Assembly: GCA_963817915.1 (NCBI GenBank)
Contig: CAWFQL010000009.1
Span: 256,001 to 320,000 of the forward strand
Length of the DNA: 64,000 bases
Reading direction: 5' to 3'
From: an uncultured candidate division Zixibacteria bacterium
Lineage (GTDB): Bacteria; Zixibacteria; MSB-5A5; UBA10806
The notes under the pieces: model-generated
Database searches by the model: none
Told to the model about the DNA's origin: nothing
What the model saw: the letters and a program-made list of their open reading frames with translations, nothing else
Shown here: piece after piece, positions 1 to 8,309 of the stretch
How positions within the stretch are numbered: the first letter of the stretch is position 1
Layout of the letters: each line of letters opens with the position of its first letter
Position numbers and translations under genes: made by a program

Positions 1-539
1 CAAATTATAACCTCGGTCATTCGGCCAAGCAGCAATGAAACCTGGGTCAATGATTTAACCATTAAAAGTTTTTTGCCATCGGCAAAATCGACCTGGACCT
101 TCAAGTAACGGTTGAAGCCGATCTCGATAAATTTCCGTTTGATATTCGGTTCGGGTGTCACCTGTGACGAATTTAAAATCGGGATTGATAATATCTGGGC
201 AGTGTCAGCCAATGATATATCCTGGTGTGTCGAAATAATTTCGCCGGATTTTGAAATCAGATAGACCGTACATTCGGAAGCCCGCGATACACCTGCTGCC
301 AGACTATCATAATTAATTGCGGCGTCTCTTGTATTCATTGATGAAGCCAGTAATCCGGCTGTCTCCATCTGCTTGATATACATTCCGGTAAAAAAAAGGC
401 GTACCTGGCTAAGCGCATAGATTATCACGGGCACGGCAACCACGATAAAGAGCACTGAAAAACTTAGGGCTATACGCACCTTTATCCGACTAAGAAATTC
501 GGAAATAAAATTAGACAATCCGCGCTTCATTGTGTCCAT
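1..539 (-). CDS. Partial (3'-truncated by window edge) membrane protein, probably the N-terminus of a two-component sensor histidine kinase
   Basis: My translation from ATG 539 (or 530), MDTMKRGLSNFISEFLSRIKVRIALSFSVLFIVVAVPVIIYALSQ..., stays open to base 1. TM helix, ~120 aa extracytoplasmic segment, then the approach to a probable second TM (…LLGRMTEVII). Kinase domain not visible. Confidence 0.55.
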   Translation of the reverse strand, partial: MDTMKRGLSNFISEFLSRIKVRIALSFSVLFIVVAVPVIIYALSQVRLFFTGMYIKQMETAGLLASSMNTRDAAINYDSLAAGVSRASECTVYLISKSGEIISTHQDISLADTAQILSIPILNSSQVTPEPNIKRKFIEIGFNRYLKVQVDFADGKKLLMVKSLTQVSLLLGRMTEVII

Positions 540-584
540 ATGTATGATTACTGAGAATCAAAATCAAGTTAAATCGCTTAATGA

Positions 585-620
585 TTGCGTTGGCGAATCA
601 TATCGAATATATTTCCCGCC
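585..620 (+). promoter_or_regulatory. Sigma70-type promoter, probably leaderless
   Basis: TTGCGT(585-590), 17 bp, TATATT(608-613), 7 nt, ATG 621; no Shine-Dalgarno. Confidence 0.55.
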
Positions 621-1817
621 ATGACGGAATCGTTCTGGCAGAAAAGAAATGGACGTAAAGTATTTAAGGCCCAAAAATCGGAGAAGAAGTCTCGTTATGA
701 CATCGCAATAATCGGCGGCGGCATTGTTGGGACTGCGGTCGCTCATTTTCTCAAAAAATTGGGATGCTCGAATACAGTAATATTGGAGAAAAATTATATC
801 GGCTATGGGGCATCAGGTAGAAACGCGGGCTTTTTGCTTGCCGGACTGGCCGAACCGTACTCAAGGCTGGTTGTAGGTATGGGTCGGGAAACTGCCAGGT
901 CGATCACGCAATCAACTCTCGATAACCATGATCTTATGGCTGAGGCTATCACAGAAAAAAAGATATCATGCGATTATATCAGGCAGGGTTCATATCATCT
1001 GGCGGTGACCGTGGTCGAGCAAGACGAATTGATTGAATCGGCTAAGCTTCTCAATCGCGATGGATTCAGAGCCGAGTATATCGAGCGCGGTAAGATACCA
1101 TTCACTGAAGATAAGACTGCGTATTTGGGGGGATTTTTCAATCCTGCCGATGGCGCGCTGGATCCGTACGCATTCGTGACTGGGCTGGCAGATAACGCCA
1201 ATATTATCGAAGGTTTTGAAGTTAAAGAGATCACGAAATTGGATGGCCATGTTAGGCTACTCGGCAGGGACGGTCTTATCGACGCCGAAATGGTTGTCTT
1301 AGCCACCAATGCCTATTCGCCGTTGGTGGATAAATATTTCGACAATCTGATTTTCCCGGTCCGGGGGCAGATGATGGCCACCAATCCTATCGCGATTAAT
1401 AAGCTGGGCGATTCGACTTACTATTCCAATTTCGGCTATGATTATTTCAGGCAGGCGAATGACAGCACGGTTGTCATGGGCGGGCTGCGCGATAAATTCG
1501 TCAATGAGGAAGTCGGCTATGACGATACGACAACGCCGGGCTTGCAACGAGGCCTGGATGATTATATCCAAAAATATTTGGGGATTGAGAAATTCGATGT
1601 AGTTCATCGCTGGAGCGGTGTCATGGGGAATACGCCGGATGGCCTGCCGTTGGTGGGGCCTCTCCCCCACAATAATTCGGTATTGGCGGCGGTCGGCTAC
1701 AATGGCCACGGCTTCGGTCTGGGCATGGTTGTCGCCCGCGACCTGGTCAATGCCATTATGAAAAACGAGACATCCGATTTATTAAATAGATTTTCGATCA
1801 AGAGATTTTCGAAGTAG
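621..1817 (+). CDS. FAD-dependent oxidoreductase, DAO/glycine oxidase/PuuB-like family
   Basis: IIGGGIVG FAD motif, GASGRNAG, PVRGQ, TPDGLPLVG, GYNGHGF. Start moved to ATG 621 (MTESFW). Confidence 0.9.
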   Translation: MTESFWQKRNGRKVFKAQKSEKKSRYDIAIIGGGIVGTAVAHFLKKLGCSNTVILEKNYIGYGASGRNAGFLLAGLAEPYSRLVVGMGRETARSITQSTLDNHDLMAEAITEKKISCDYIRQGSYHLAVTVVEQDELIESAKLLNRDGFRAEYIERGKIPFTEDKTAYLGGFFNPADGALDPYAFVTGLADNANIIEGFEVKEITKLDGHVRLLGRDGLIDAEMVVLATNAYSPLVDKYFDNLIFPVRGQMMATNPIAINKLGDSTYYSNFGYDYFRQANDSTVVMGGLRDKFVNEEVGYDDTTTPGLQRGLDDYIQKYLGIEKFDVVHRWSGVMGNTPDGLPLVGPLPHNNSVLAAVGYNGHGFGLGMVVARDLVNAIMKNETSDLLNRFSIKRFSK

Positions 1818-1822
1818 TATTT

Positions 1823-1899
1823 CTGTCGGGTCAGGCGACCCGACAGCACTCCTAATCAAGAAATAATCAAGGTAGAGACGCAAAATCTTGCGTCTCTAC
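1823..1899. repeat. Two REP-like hairpins (family A, and a GTAG-type)
   Basis: CTGTCGGGTC-AGGC-GACCCGACAG (1823-1846) and GTAGAGACGCAA-AATC-TTGCGTCTCTAC (1872-1899), between convergent genes. Confidence 0.85.
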
Positions 1900-1901
1900 G
1901 G

Positions 1902-2564
1902 TTATTTATTATTCAGAGGAATAACTTCCACGGTATCGCCGGATGCAGTAATTTTACAATAGTTACCATCATTCCAATATTTATAGCCCTCGTCATTGCT
2001 GGCAAGAAATACAAATCCTATTAAATCATCATCAGTGGCCTTTTTGTATTTCGCAATCTCAAATGCATAATAGGCATGTTCCCAGACGTAAATGTCTGTT
2101 ATTTTCGAAAATTCGAAATTAGTATTAATGTAATGAGTTGGTTCCGATTCTAATTCTGTTGTAAAGTATGATATCCAATATTCACATGATAGCTTTTCGC
2201 TCTGATTAGTCTGACGCCAAATTTGAATCTTATCATCCTTAATTCTAGCAGAAAGTCTAGTTATCCGAGCGTATTGATCAAAGGGATATATTGGCAAATA
2301 TGCTGGAACAAATGTATCAATATTAACAATAGGATTATTGAATGAATCTCCCCAATATGAGTCATCTTCCCCTGAATAATTCATCCCCGGTTCAATTTCG
2401 CAAATGTATCTACCCTGCATCCCGAGATCTAAATCGCCGAAAAATTCGATTAGCGATGGATCCATTGTAGGCTTGTACATTTTCGGGCAGGATAGAAAGA
2501 TAATTAGCCATTGTGGAATCAGTAACATTATCAATATTTGGCAGATTCGGGTTTTTAAATCCAT
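1902..2564 (-). CDS. Hypothetical exported or membrane-anchored protein
   Basis: 220 aa ORF with an N-terminal hydrophobic segment ending in FLSC (possible lipobox); AT-rich; no recognised domain. Confidence 0.6.
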   Translation of the reverse strand: MDLKTRICQILIMLLIPQWLIIFLSCPKMYKPTMDPSLIEFFGDLDLGMQGRYICEIEPGMNYSGEDDSYWGDSFNNPIVNIDTFVPAYLPIYPFDQYARITRLSARIKDDKIQIWRQTNQSEKLSCEYWISYFTTELESEPTHYINTNFEFSKITDIYVWEHAYYAFEIAKYKKATDDDLIGFVFLASNDEGYKYWNDGNYCKITASGDTVEVIPLNNK

Positions 2565-2627
2565 ATTATTATTTTTTTATATGCTTACCACTTCCAATAT
2601 GTTCCTTGCAATCGGCTTTAGATGTAA

Positions 2628-2927
2628 TTACTTCAAATCCGCCAGGAGCGCGCGGGCGACTTCGGCATTAGCGGAATTGACCAGGAATTTTGCTTGATGT
2701 GCAGATCTCGGATAATCGTTTATCATATATTCTATGCCAGCCTCTTCGAGGATTGTCTTAGCAAATGCAATTTGGGAACCATCGGTTGCCGTATATATGG
2801 CGACTAATTCGAGCTCGGATTCCGGCTTTTGCATTACTGGCGGAAGCGTATACACCAGATCGACGCCGCAATCGGGGCATTTGTAAATCCCCCTATTATA
2901 TTCGTATCGGCAATTTGGACAGAACAA
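2628..2927 (-). CDS. Zinc-ribbon plus DUF2007-like (putative signal-transducing) protein
   Basis: MFCPNCR...CPDCGVDLV, then LVAIY...AKTILEEAGIEY...VARALL, typical of this family; TTG start with GGAAGG SD. Confidence 0.75.
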   Translation of the reverse strand: MFCPNCRYEYNRGIYKCPDCGVDLVYTLPPVMQKPESELELVAIYTATDGSQIAFAKTILEEAGIEYMINDYPRSAHQAKFLVNSANAEVARALLADLK

Positions 2928-3001
2928 GATGCTACCTTCCTAAGTTCATTGCTATTGGTGCTGGGTGGCCTCAACCGACATAAATTCAGTTGCCTTTATC
3001 C

Positions 3002-3021
3002 GTCGGGTTGGGGAATCCGAC
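3002..3021. repeat. REP-like hairpin, family A variant
   Basis: GTCGGGTT-GGGG-AATCCGAC followed by AGCACT, as in the copy at 1823. Confidence 0.7.
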
Positions 3022-3041
3022 AGCACTGAAACTGCCCCAGT

Positions 3042-3263
3042 TCAAATCCCGCCTTTCTTATTATAAATCCCTCTTACGACGAGCACGACGATTGTCGAAG
3101 TAAGCAAAATCACCAAAATCAAATAAATATTATAAGAACGCAATGCCTCGACTAAGGTTGAATGGTCAATAAGAATTTTCACAATTATTTGCATTACGAT
3201 ATTAATTATACCGACCAAGATGATTGAAAATACAAATCCGGTAATATTTTTTCGATTATTCAT
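3042..3263 (-). CDS. Small two-TM membrane protein
   Basis: 73 aa, two hydrophobic helices, basic termini. Confidence 0.55.
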   Translation of the reverse strand: MNNRKNITGFVFSIILVGIINIVMQIIVKILIDHSTLVEALRSYNIYLILVILLTSTIVVLVVRGIYNKKGGI

Positions 3264-3333
3264 CTTCTTTATTCCTTATCCTAGGATTGTTCCTTATTCT
3301 CGTGACGTCGGGTGCCCTCACCCCGACACAAAT

Positions 3334-3903
3334 TCAGTTGTTTTTATCTGTCGGGTCGGGGGACGCGATAGCGCTGGTAATTCTGGCCCTTTCCGAAATC
3401 TTATATTTCAGCAATTCAATAAATCGGTCTTGAAATTGGGGGGTTACGGCAAATGACTCACTGCCAGTCTTGATTAGAACTGCATCTTTTAAGCCGCCAG
3501 CAGTATATAATCGTACATATCCCAACTTGCCACAATTTATTAGCCCACCGGGCCATTTCAGGCCTACTATACCGCCAGCGAGGCAGGGACGAACAAGATT
3601 TTCTTGCGTAATTTGTGTGATATCAGCAAAATCGATTTTGGATTTCAATATTCCGGATTTTAAAGTAATCGAGTCTACACTGAAATCATATCGAATTGCC
3701 AATATTCCATAATAGTAACCGGCTACCAAAAGTGGAAATGGAATTGGCACCAAGAAAACTATTGGAAACCAGGGATTGATCGCCATAGCCTTAATCATCA
3801 TAAAATAAAACAGCCAAATCCAAAGAAAGACGCTTGCGATTATCAAGACCTTGCCTTTCAGGCCGATTTTGGGCTTGAATGTTTCGACCGCGGGATTTAG
3901 CAT
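3334..3903 (-). CDS. Membrane protein with bacterial PH-like domain
   Basis: Two TM helices, then IRY...ITLKSG...KIDFADI...GYVRLY...VLIKT...VTP, typical of bPH domains. Start set at ATG 3903 because the longer ORF runs into a repeat. Confidence 0.7.
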   Translation of the reverse strand: MLNPAVETFKPKIGLKGKVLIIASVFLWIWLFYFMMIKAMAINPWFPIVFLVPIPFPLLVAGYYYGILAIRYDFSVDSITLKSGILKSKIDFADITQITQENLVRPCLAGGIVGLKWPGGLINCGKLGYVRLYTAGGLKDAVLIKTGSESFAVTPQFQDRFIELLKYKISERARITSAIASPDPTDKNN

Positions 3904-3943
3904 ATTATATTTTATTATATTTTTATATAAAACGTCAATAGAG

Positions 3944-4015
3944 CATTCCTGCGAGTCACATCTTGATGTGACCATATCTTGCTTAGGCTACGGTCAGGGC
4001 AAGCCCTGACGCGCA
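3944..4015. repeat. 72-bp double-hairpin element, copy 1
   Basis: CATTCCTGCGAGTCACATCTTGATGTGACC...CGGTCAGGGCAAGCCCTGACGCGCA; near-identical to 4513-4584. Confidence 0.9.
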
Positions 4016-4021
4016 TTAAAA

Positions 4022-4495
4022 TCAAGTGAAAATTATATTAGCCCCGGCGGAGACTTCGTAGAATTTGCCGACCGAGATTATTTCATCGACTTCATTACAG
4101 AAATCATTTTGGGTCAAATGGAACATATCGACACTGGCCTTGCAGGCGTAAATATTGCATCCAGCATCGTGAATCATAGTTATAAATTCGCGCACCGGCG
4201 GAATATCGAGTTTTTCCATTTCTTTTTTCATCATCGAGGTCGCGAAGGCGGACATGCCGGGAATCGCGCCCAAAACTGTCGACATATGCATTGCAGGATT
4301 ACCGACCGTGGCGACCTTGAGACTGTCCATCCGTTTATCGATGATAGCATCGAGGCCGAAGAATGTGAAAAACAGGTTGGCATCAATACCTTCCATGCGG
4401 GCCCCGTTGGCCAGGATTAGCCCGGGATAGACTCCCTCGAGCGATCCCCTCGAAACTATTATGGAAACTTTTATAATCGGTTCATATTCGGACAT
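4022..4495 (-). CDS. DsrE2/YrkE-like (DsrE/F/H family) sulfur-relay protein
   Basis: ILANGARMEG, LFFTFFGLD, YACKASVDM (conserved Cys), IIFT C-terminus; AGGAGG SD. Confidence 0.85.
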   Translation of the reverse strand: MSEYEPIIKVSIIVSRGSLEGVYPGLILANGARMEGIDANLFFTFFGLDAIIDKRMDSLKVATVGNPAMHMSTVLGAIPGMSAFATSMMKKEMEKLDIPPVREFITMIHDAGCNIYACKASVDMFHLTQNDFCNEVDEIISVGKFYEVSAGANIIFT

Positions 4496-4512
4496 CGGGA
4501 AATCCTCCTATA

Positions 4513-4614
4513 CATTCCTGCGAGTCACATCTTGATGTGGCCGCATCTTACTTTACATGCGGTCAGGGCAAGCCCTGACGCGCAAAAGTTCTGTCGGGTG
4601 CGGAGACCCGACAG
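4513..4614. repeat. 72-bp double-hairpin element copy 2 (4513-4584) plus a family A REP (4591-4614)
   Basis: Direct repeat of 3944-4015, then CTGTCGGGT-GCGGAG-ACCCGACAG. Confidence 0.9.
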
Positions 4615-4625
4615 CACCGCCAATT

Positions 4626-4943
4626 CTAAATACAGCCCTTTGGTTTTGGAATACCAGCGATCTTAGCGGCCTTCTTGGCGGGTCCTTTGGGAAATAAGGC
4701 GTATAGCTCTTTGGTTTCGACACCGCTTGCTTTAGTAAGATGCCTTATAGAGGGGGCGTCACCTTTTTCGAGATACTCTTTGCGCATGAATTTGATAACC
4801 ACCCAATGACGATTTGTGAGACTTTCTATTCCCTCTTCTCTGGCCAATTCTTTGGCCAAGTCTTCATTCCAGTCATTGATATTTTTGAGATGGTTATCTT
4901 CATCGAATTCAATTGATTTTCCTACAAGCTCGCGTATTGCCAT
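4626..4943 (-). CDS. TusE/DsrC-family sulfur carrier with a single C-terminal Cys
   Basis: W..DLAKELA.EEGI.LT.RHWVVI..MR...LY.LFPKGPAK.AAKIAG.PKPKGCI; the second Cys of true DsrC is absent. Confidence 0.9.
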   Translation of the reverse strand: MAIRELVGKSIEFDEDNHLKNINDWNEDLAKELAREEGIESLTNRHWVVIKFMRKEYLEKGDAPSIRHLTKASGVETKELYALFPKGPAKKAAKIAGIPKPKGCI

Positions 4944-4995
4944 TCAGAGACTCCTTTTATTCATACTTACAATATCATAATTAATTCATAATGTC

Positions 4996-5124
4996 TGTCG
5001 GGTCAGGCGACCCGACATTAATGAACTTGTCATTGCGAGTCCGCCGTAGGCGGACGAAGCAATCTGAGGGATGCTGTGCACGGATTGCTTCGTCGTTCGC
5101 CGGGGCGAACTCCTCGCAATGACA
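4996..5124. repeat. Family A REP (4996-5017) plus a TGTCATTGCGAG...CTCGCAATGACA cruciform element (5028-5124)
   Basis: Perfect 12-bp terminal inverted repeats with inner GAAGCAATC/GATTGCTTC arms; second copy at 35481-35579. Confidence 0.9.
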
Positions 5125-5173
5125 CGTGGCACAAAACTTTCTAATAATTGCATCCTCCCAATATAAAACCAAA

Positions 5174-6413
5174 TTATTGCTTCTTTCCTGCCAGGCTCAT
5201 TTTGGATGGCACGAATATTGGCCGACCTTTCAGAAGCAGATTCCAGTACATCCAACGGAACATCATTTTGCCATAATGATTCATTCGAGTTTCCTTCAAA
5301 AGTGAAAATGGGCCGACTCCGGGCAATGGAAACTTACCCGGCAATGGTTCTATGTCATAATTGAAATCGATTAATATACCCTTGCCGAATCCAGACTCAA
5401 TAAAGCAATTAGCGTGTCCATCGAATTTGGCCTTCATTTCGCGGCCGTCAATAGCGCTCAATAGATTTTCAATCAGAATATCGGCCTGGAAATGAGCGAC
5501 TGAGCCTGCTTTTGAGCTAGGCAGATCGGTGGCGTCGCCAATTACAAAGATATTCTCGAATTGCTTTGATCTTAACGTCTCCCGGTCAGTCGGAATAAAA
5601 CTCAATTCATCCCCCATGCCGCTTCGGCCAATGCAGTCATCGCCCATGTTAGTTGGGATCGTGATCAAGACATCGTACGGATATTTCATTATCATCCCAG
5701 GAAATTAACTTTCGGTTTTGGCTATCTACACGGCCAATATTGAATTCGGGTATGAGACCGATGTTCTTTTTCGCCAGCAGATTTCCCAGGGCCTTGGAGG
5801 CGATGGGTCTTGTAAATGCTCCCGGCAATGGAGTTGCGAAAACTAAGTCGACTTTATTTCTAATCCCTCGCTCAGTAAAATACGAGTCTGCCAGAAATAA
5901 AAATTCCAGCGGGGCAACTGGGCATTTAATAGGCATTTCAGTGATATTAACTACAATTTTGCCGCCCTTGAAGGTTTTGAAGAATTCGGCTAATCTATTC
6001 GCGCCGTCGAACGTGTAATATTCGAATTTGTTTATTTGCCAGCTCTCATCGAGCATTCCGTCGGTCTCCTCAGGATGTACTCCCGCTCCTGTAGCAATGA
6101 TAAGAAAATCGTAATCAAGAGAGATATCGTGTTCCAGAATTACTTTATTCTGATCTGGAATTATGCGGCCTATTTTCGATTGAATTAAGTCTACTCCAGA
6201 TGGAAAATATTTCCGGCGCGGCTTGACAACGTCATTCGAAGAATATATTTCAAATGGGACAAATAGAAAACCTGGTTGGTAATAATGAGTATTATCTTGA
6301 TCAATTATAGTGATTTGCCATTGGGATTTTTCGAGTATAGGAAAGATTTTATTAAGGATAATTGTTCCGCCAGTACCGCCACCAAGAATCAAAAGCCGTT
6401 TCACCAGATCCAA
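5174..6413 (-). CDS. sqr: Sulfide:quinone oxidoreductase-like flavoprotein, split by one frameshift near 5686
   Basis: GGGTGG, YQPGFLF, KCPVAPLEF in 5649..6413; FVIGDATD, KAGS, HANCFIE in 5174..5695. Removing one base restores SWDDNEIPYDVLITIP. Confidence 0.8.
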
Positions 6414-6573
6414 ACCCCACCATTAGATGCCGCACACAATCAAATGTTAATGATATAAAAATTGAAAGTCAATTTAAAATGAAATTGCAGGCGTTATCTG
6501 GCTCTTTATGCGACGTAATATGGCAATACATTATCGGCCGGATCAGGCGATCCGATAGCGCTAGATCGAAGCA

Positions 6574-8196
6574 TTAGGGGCAGTCGCCCGAATGAGGCTC
6601 TGATTCCGATCCTTTGAAGTAATTGACTAAATAGGTAATATCAAGAGCGTTGACTGCACAATCGCCGTTGACATCACCGAGCAGCAATGGGTCCGGAGCG
6701 GGACCATTGCTTTTCAAGTAATTCACGAGATAAACTATATCAAGACCACTAAAGTCACCGCTGCCATTAGCATCTCCGACTAGATCGGTTAACTGAATAT
6801 TCTGTATATATGGCGTCGGAGTCGTTATGCGAACCGTATAAGTGGGTGATGGAAGATAATGTGGATTAAGGGCTCGCAAATGAAAAGTTCCGTTATTCAC
6901 GATTCTTATGTAACGGCCAGTCAGGGGATCGGATGTGCGCGGATCCAGTTGTGATGAATACAATTCCGAAATCCTTAATTCAGCCTGCAATGGATTTCCG
7001 GTCGAACCTGTCACAATTCCACAAATTTGACCTTGCTGGGAACGTTTTATAAGACGATAGGCACCCTTTATATTTTTTGAAATTGCCGCATTCTTTTCAA
7101 TGAGGGTATGGGGAATGGCCGGCCCGGTAATAGGAAGAGTTTCAATAAGAAAACTGATTACTCCAAATCGCCCATATTGCCAGGTCAGGCCTTCACCTCG
7201 CTCGCAAGTAATGCCAACAGCTCTATAATTACCAATACAGGTAGACAGTTCAGTCCCTAATCCATAAAATATTGTTCCGTCAGGGACATTATAACCACCG
7301 AGAGTCCCAGGAAAATACACCCATTCTCCCCTACTATGATAAGATATAGAAAGAGCGGGCCTGATTCTCGCAACCAACGATGTCACAGCTTGGATTTCGG
7401 ATTCGGAATTTGGTGCATCTCCCCTATACTCGTAATGCATCGGAATGTCGGAGCCGATACGATCCCAGTACCAATCGTAATTGCGATTCAGGTCTATTCC
7501 CTCTGTAAAACATTCATCACTATTATTGCATCGGTATTCGTACAGGGAATCATCATTGTCGATATTTCTTCCATTCTTTCGATAAAAGAGCGATATACCA
7601 GCGTGGACTGCGTAGTTGCCATCGGGATTGACAAGGGGGACAATATAAATTTGGGCATTATTGATCCATTGCGTAACAGAATCGACTCTCCCATATCCAG
7701 AAAGCAATGAATCGATTAACGCCATACATATTTCCATCCCCATAATCTCGCCGCCATGATGGGTTCCATCGAAAAGGACAACAGGTTCGCCATCATCGAA
7801 AGATACGGAGTCGGAAATCTTCATAGCATAAATAGTCCTGTGCTCCTCTTGTGATACGCCGATAGAATCGAGTCGAGCGATCTCAGGATATTCGGCAGCC
7901 CATGAATTAAGAGAGTCCACCATTTCAATCTGCGTATAGTAGAATGAATCTAATTCAGCGATCGATAAAGCTTGTTCGGGTATATAATCATATTTTTCAT
8001 ATTTTAGATTAAGGCTATCAAGCAGGCCTAAAGCCGATTGATCGACAATGTAATCGCCGATAGACCCCTCCTGTTCATTGAATATGGTAAGTCTTTGATT
8101 TAGATATTCAGACTGTTCGGAATTCTGAATGAATACGCGCACAATATATCGGTTTCCGCCCGAAAACGCGCCGATCGTTAATAATAAAATCAACAT
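6574..8196 (-). CDS. Secreted M14 zinc carboxypeptidase with a C-terminal dockerin-like duplicated Ca-binding domain
   Basis: HHGGE, NPDG, RKN, GIDLNRNY, SYHS; C-terminus GDANGSGDFSGLDIVYLVNYLK...GDVNGDCAVNALDITYLVNYFK. Possible CTG start at 8217. Confidence 0.85.
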   Translation of the reverse strand: MLILLLTIGAFSGGNRYIVRVFIQNSEQSEYLNQRLTIFNEQEGSIGDYIVDQSALGLLDSLNLKYEKYDYIPEQALSIAELDSFYYTQIEMVDSLNSWAAEYPEIARLDSIGVSQEEHRTIYAMKISDSVSFDDGEPVVLFDGTHHGGEIMGMEICMALIDSLLSGYGRVDSVTQWINNAQIYIVPLVNPDGNYAVHAGISLFYRKNGRNIDNDDSLYEYRCNNSDECFTEGIDLNRNYDWYWDRIGSDIPMHYEYRGDAPNSESEIQAVTSLVARIRPALSISYHSRGEWVYFPGTLGGYNVPDGTIFYGLGTELSTCIGNYRAVGITCERGEGLTWQYGRFGVISFLIETLPITGPAIPHTLIEKNAAISKNIKGAYRLIKRSQQGQICGIVTGSTGNPLQAELRISELYSSQLDPRTSDPLTGRYIRIVNNGTFHLRALNPHYLPSPTYTVRITTPTPYIQNIQLTDLVGDANGSGDFSGLDIVYLVNYLKSNGPAPDPLLLGDVNGDCAVNALDITYLVNYFKGSESEPHSGDCP

Positions 8197-8309
8197 GAGG
8201 ACAAGGCTTTTCTTCAGAATTCCTCCCGATAATTATAAAAATTATACAAAATAATATGAAAATGTCAACTATAATCTAAATGTATTTCGGAATGTTATAT
8301 ATCGAATAA

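Noticed and set aside
4626..4943. DsrC as evidence of dissimilatory sulfate reduction
   Set aside because: Only one C-terminal Cys, and no dsrAB or dsrMK in the window.
1823..5124. Integron-like cassette array (small co-oriented genes separated by palindromes)
   Set aside because: The spacers lack RYYYAAC/GTTRRRY attC ends, no integrase is present, and the same hairpins occur throughout the window.
4981..5255. Short ORFs over repeats (also 35476-35703, 31657-31859, 40163-40348, 51401-51604)
   Set aside because: They are translations of palindromic repeats (CHCEE, VIARS, SGLRTRR) and not credible genes.
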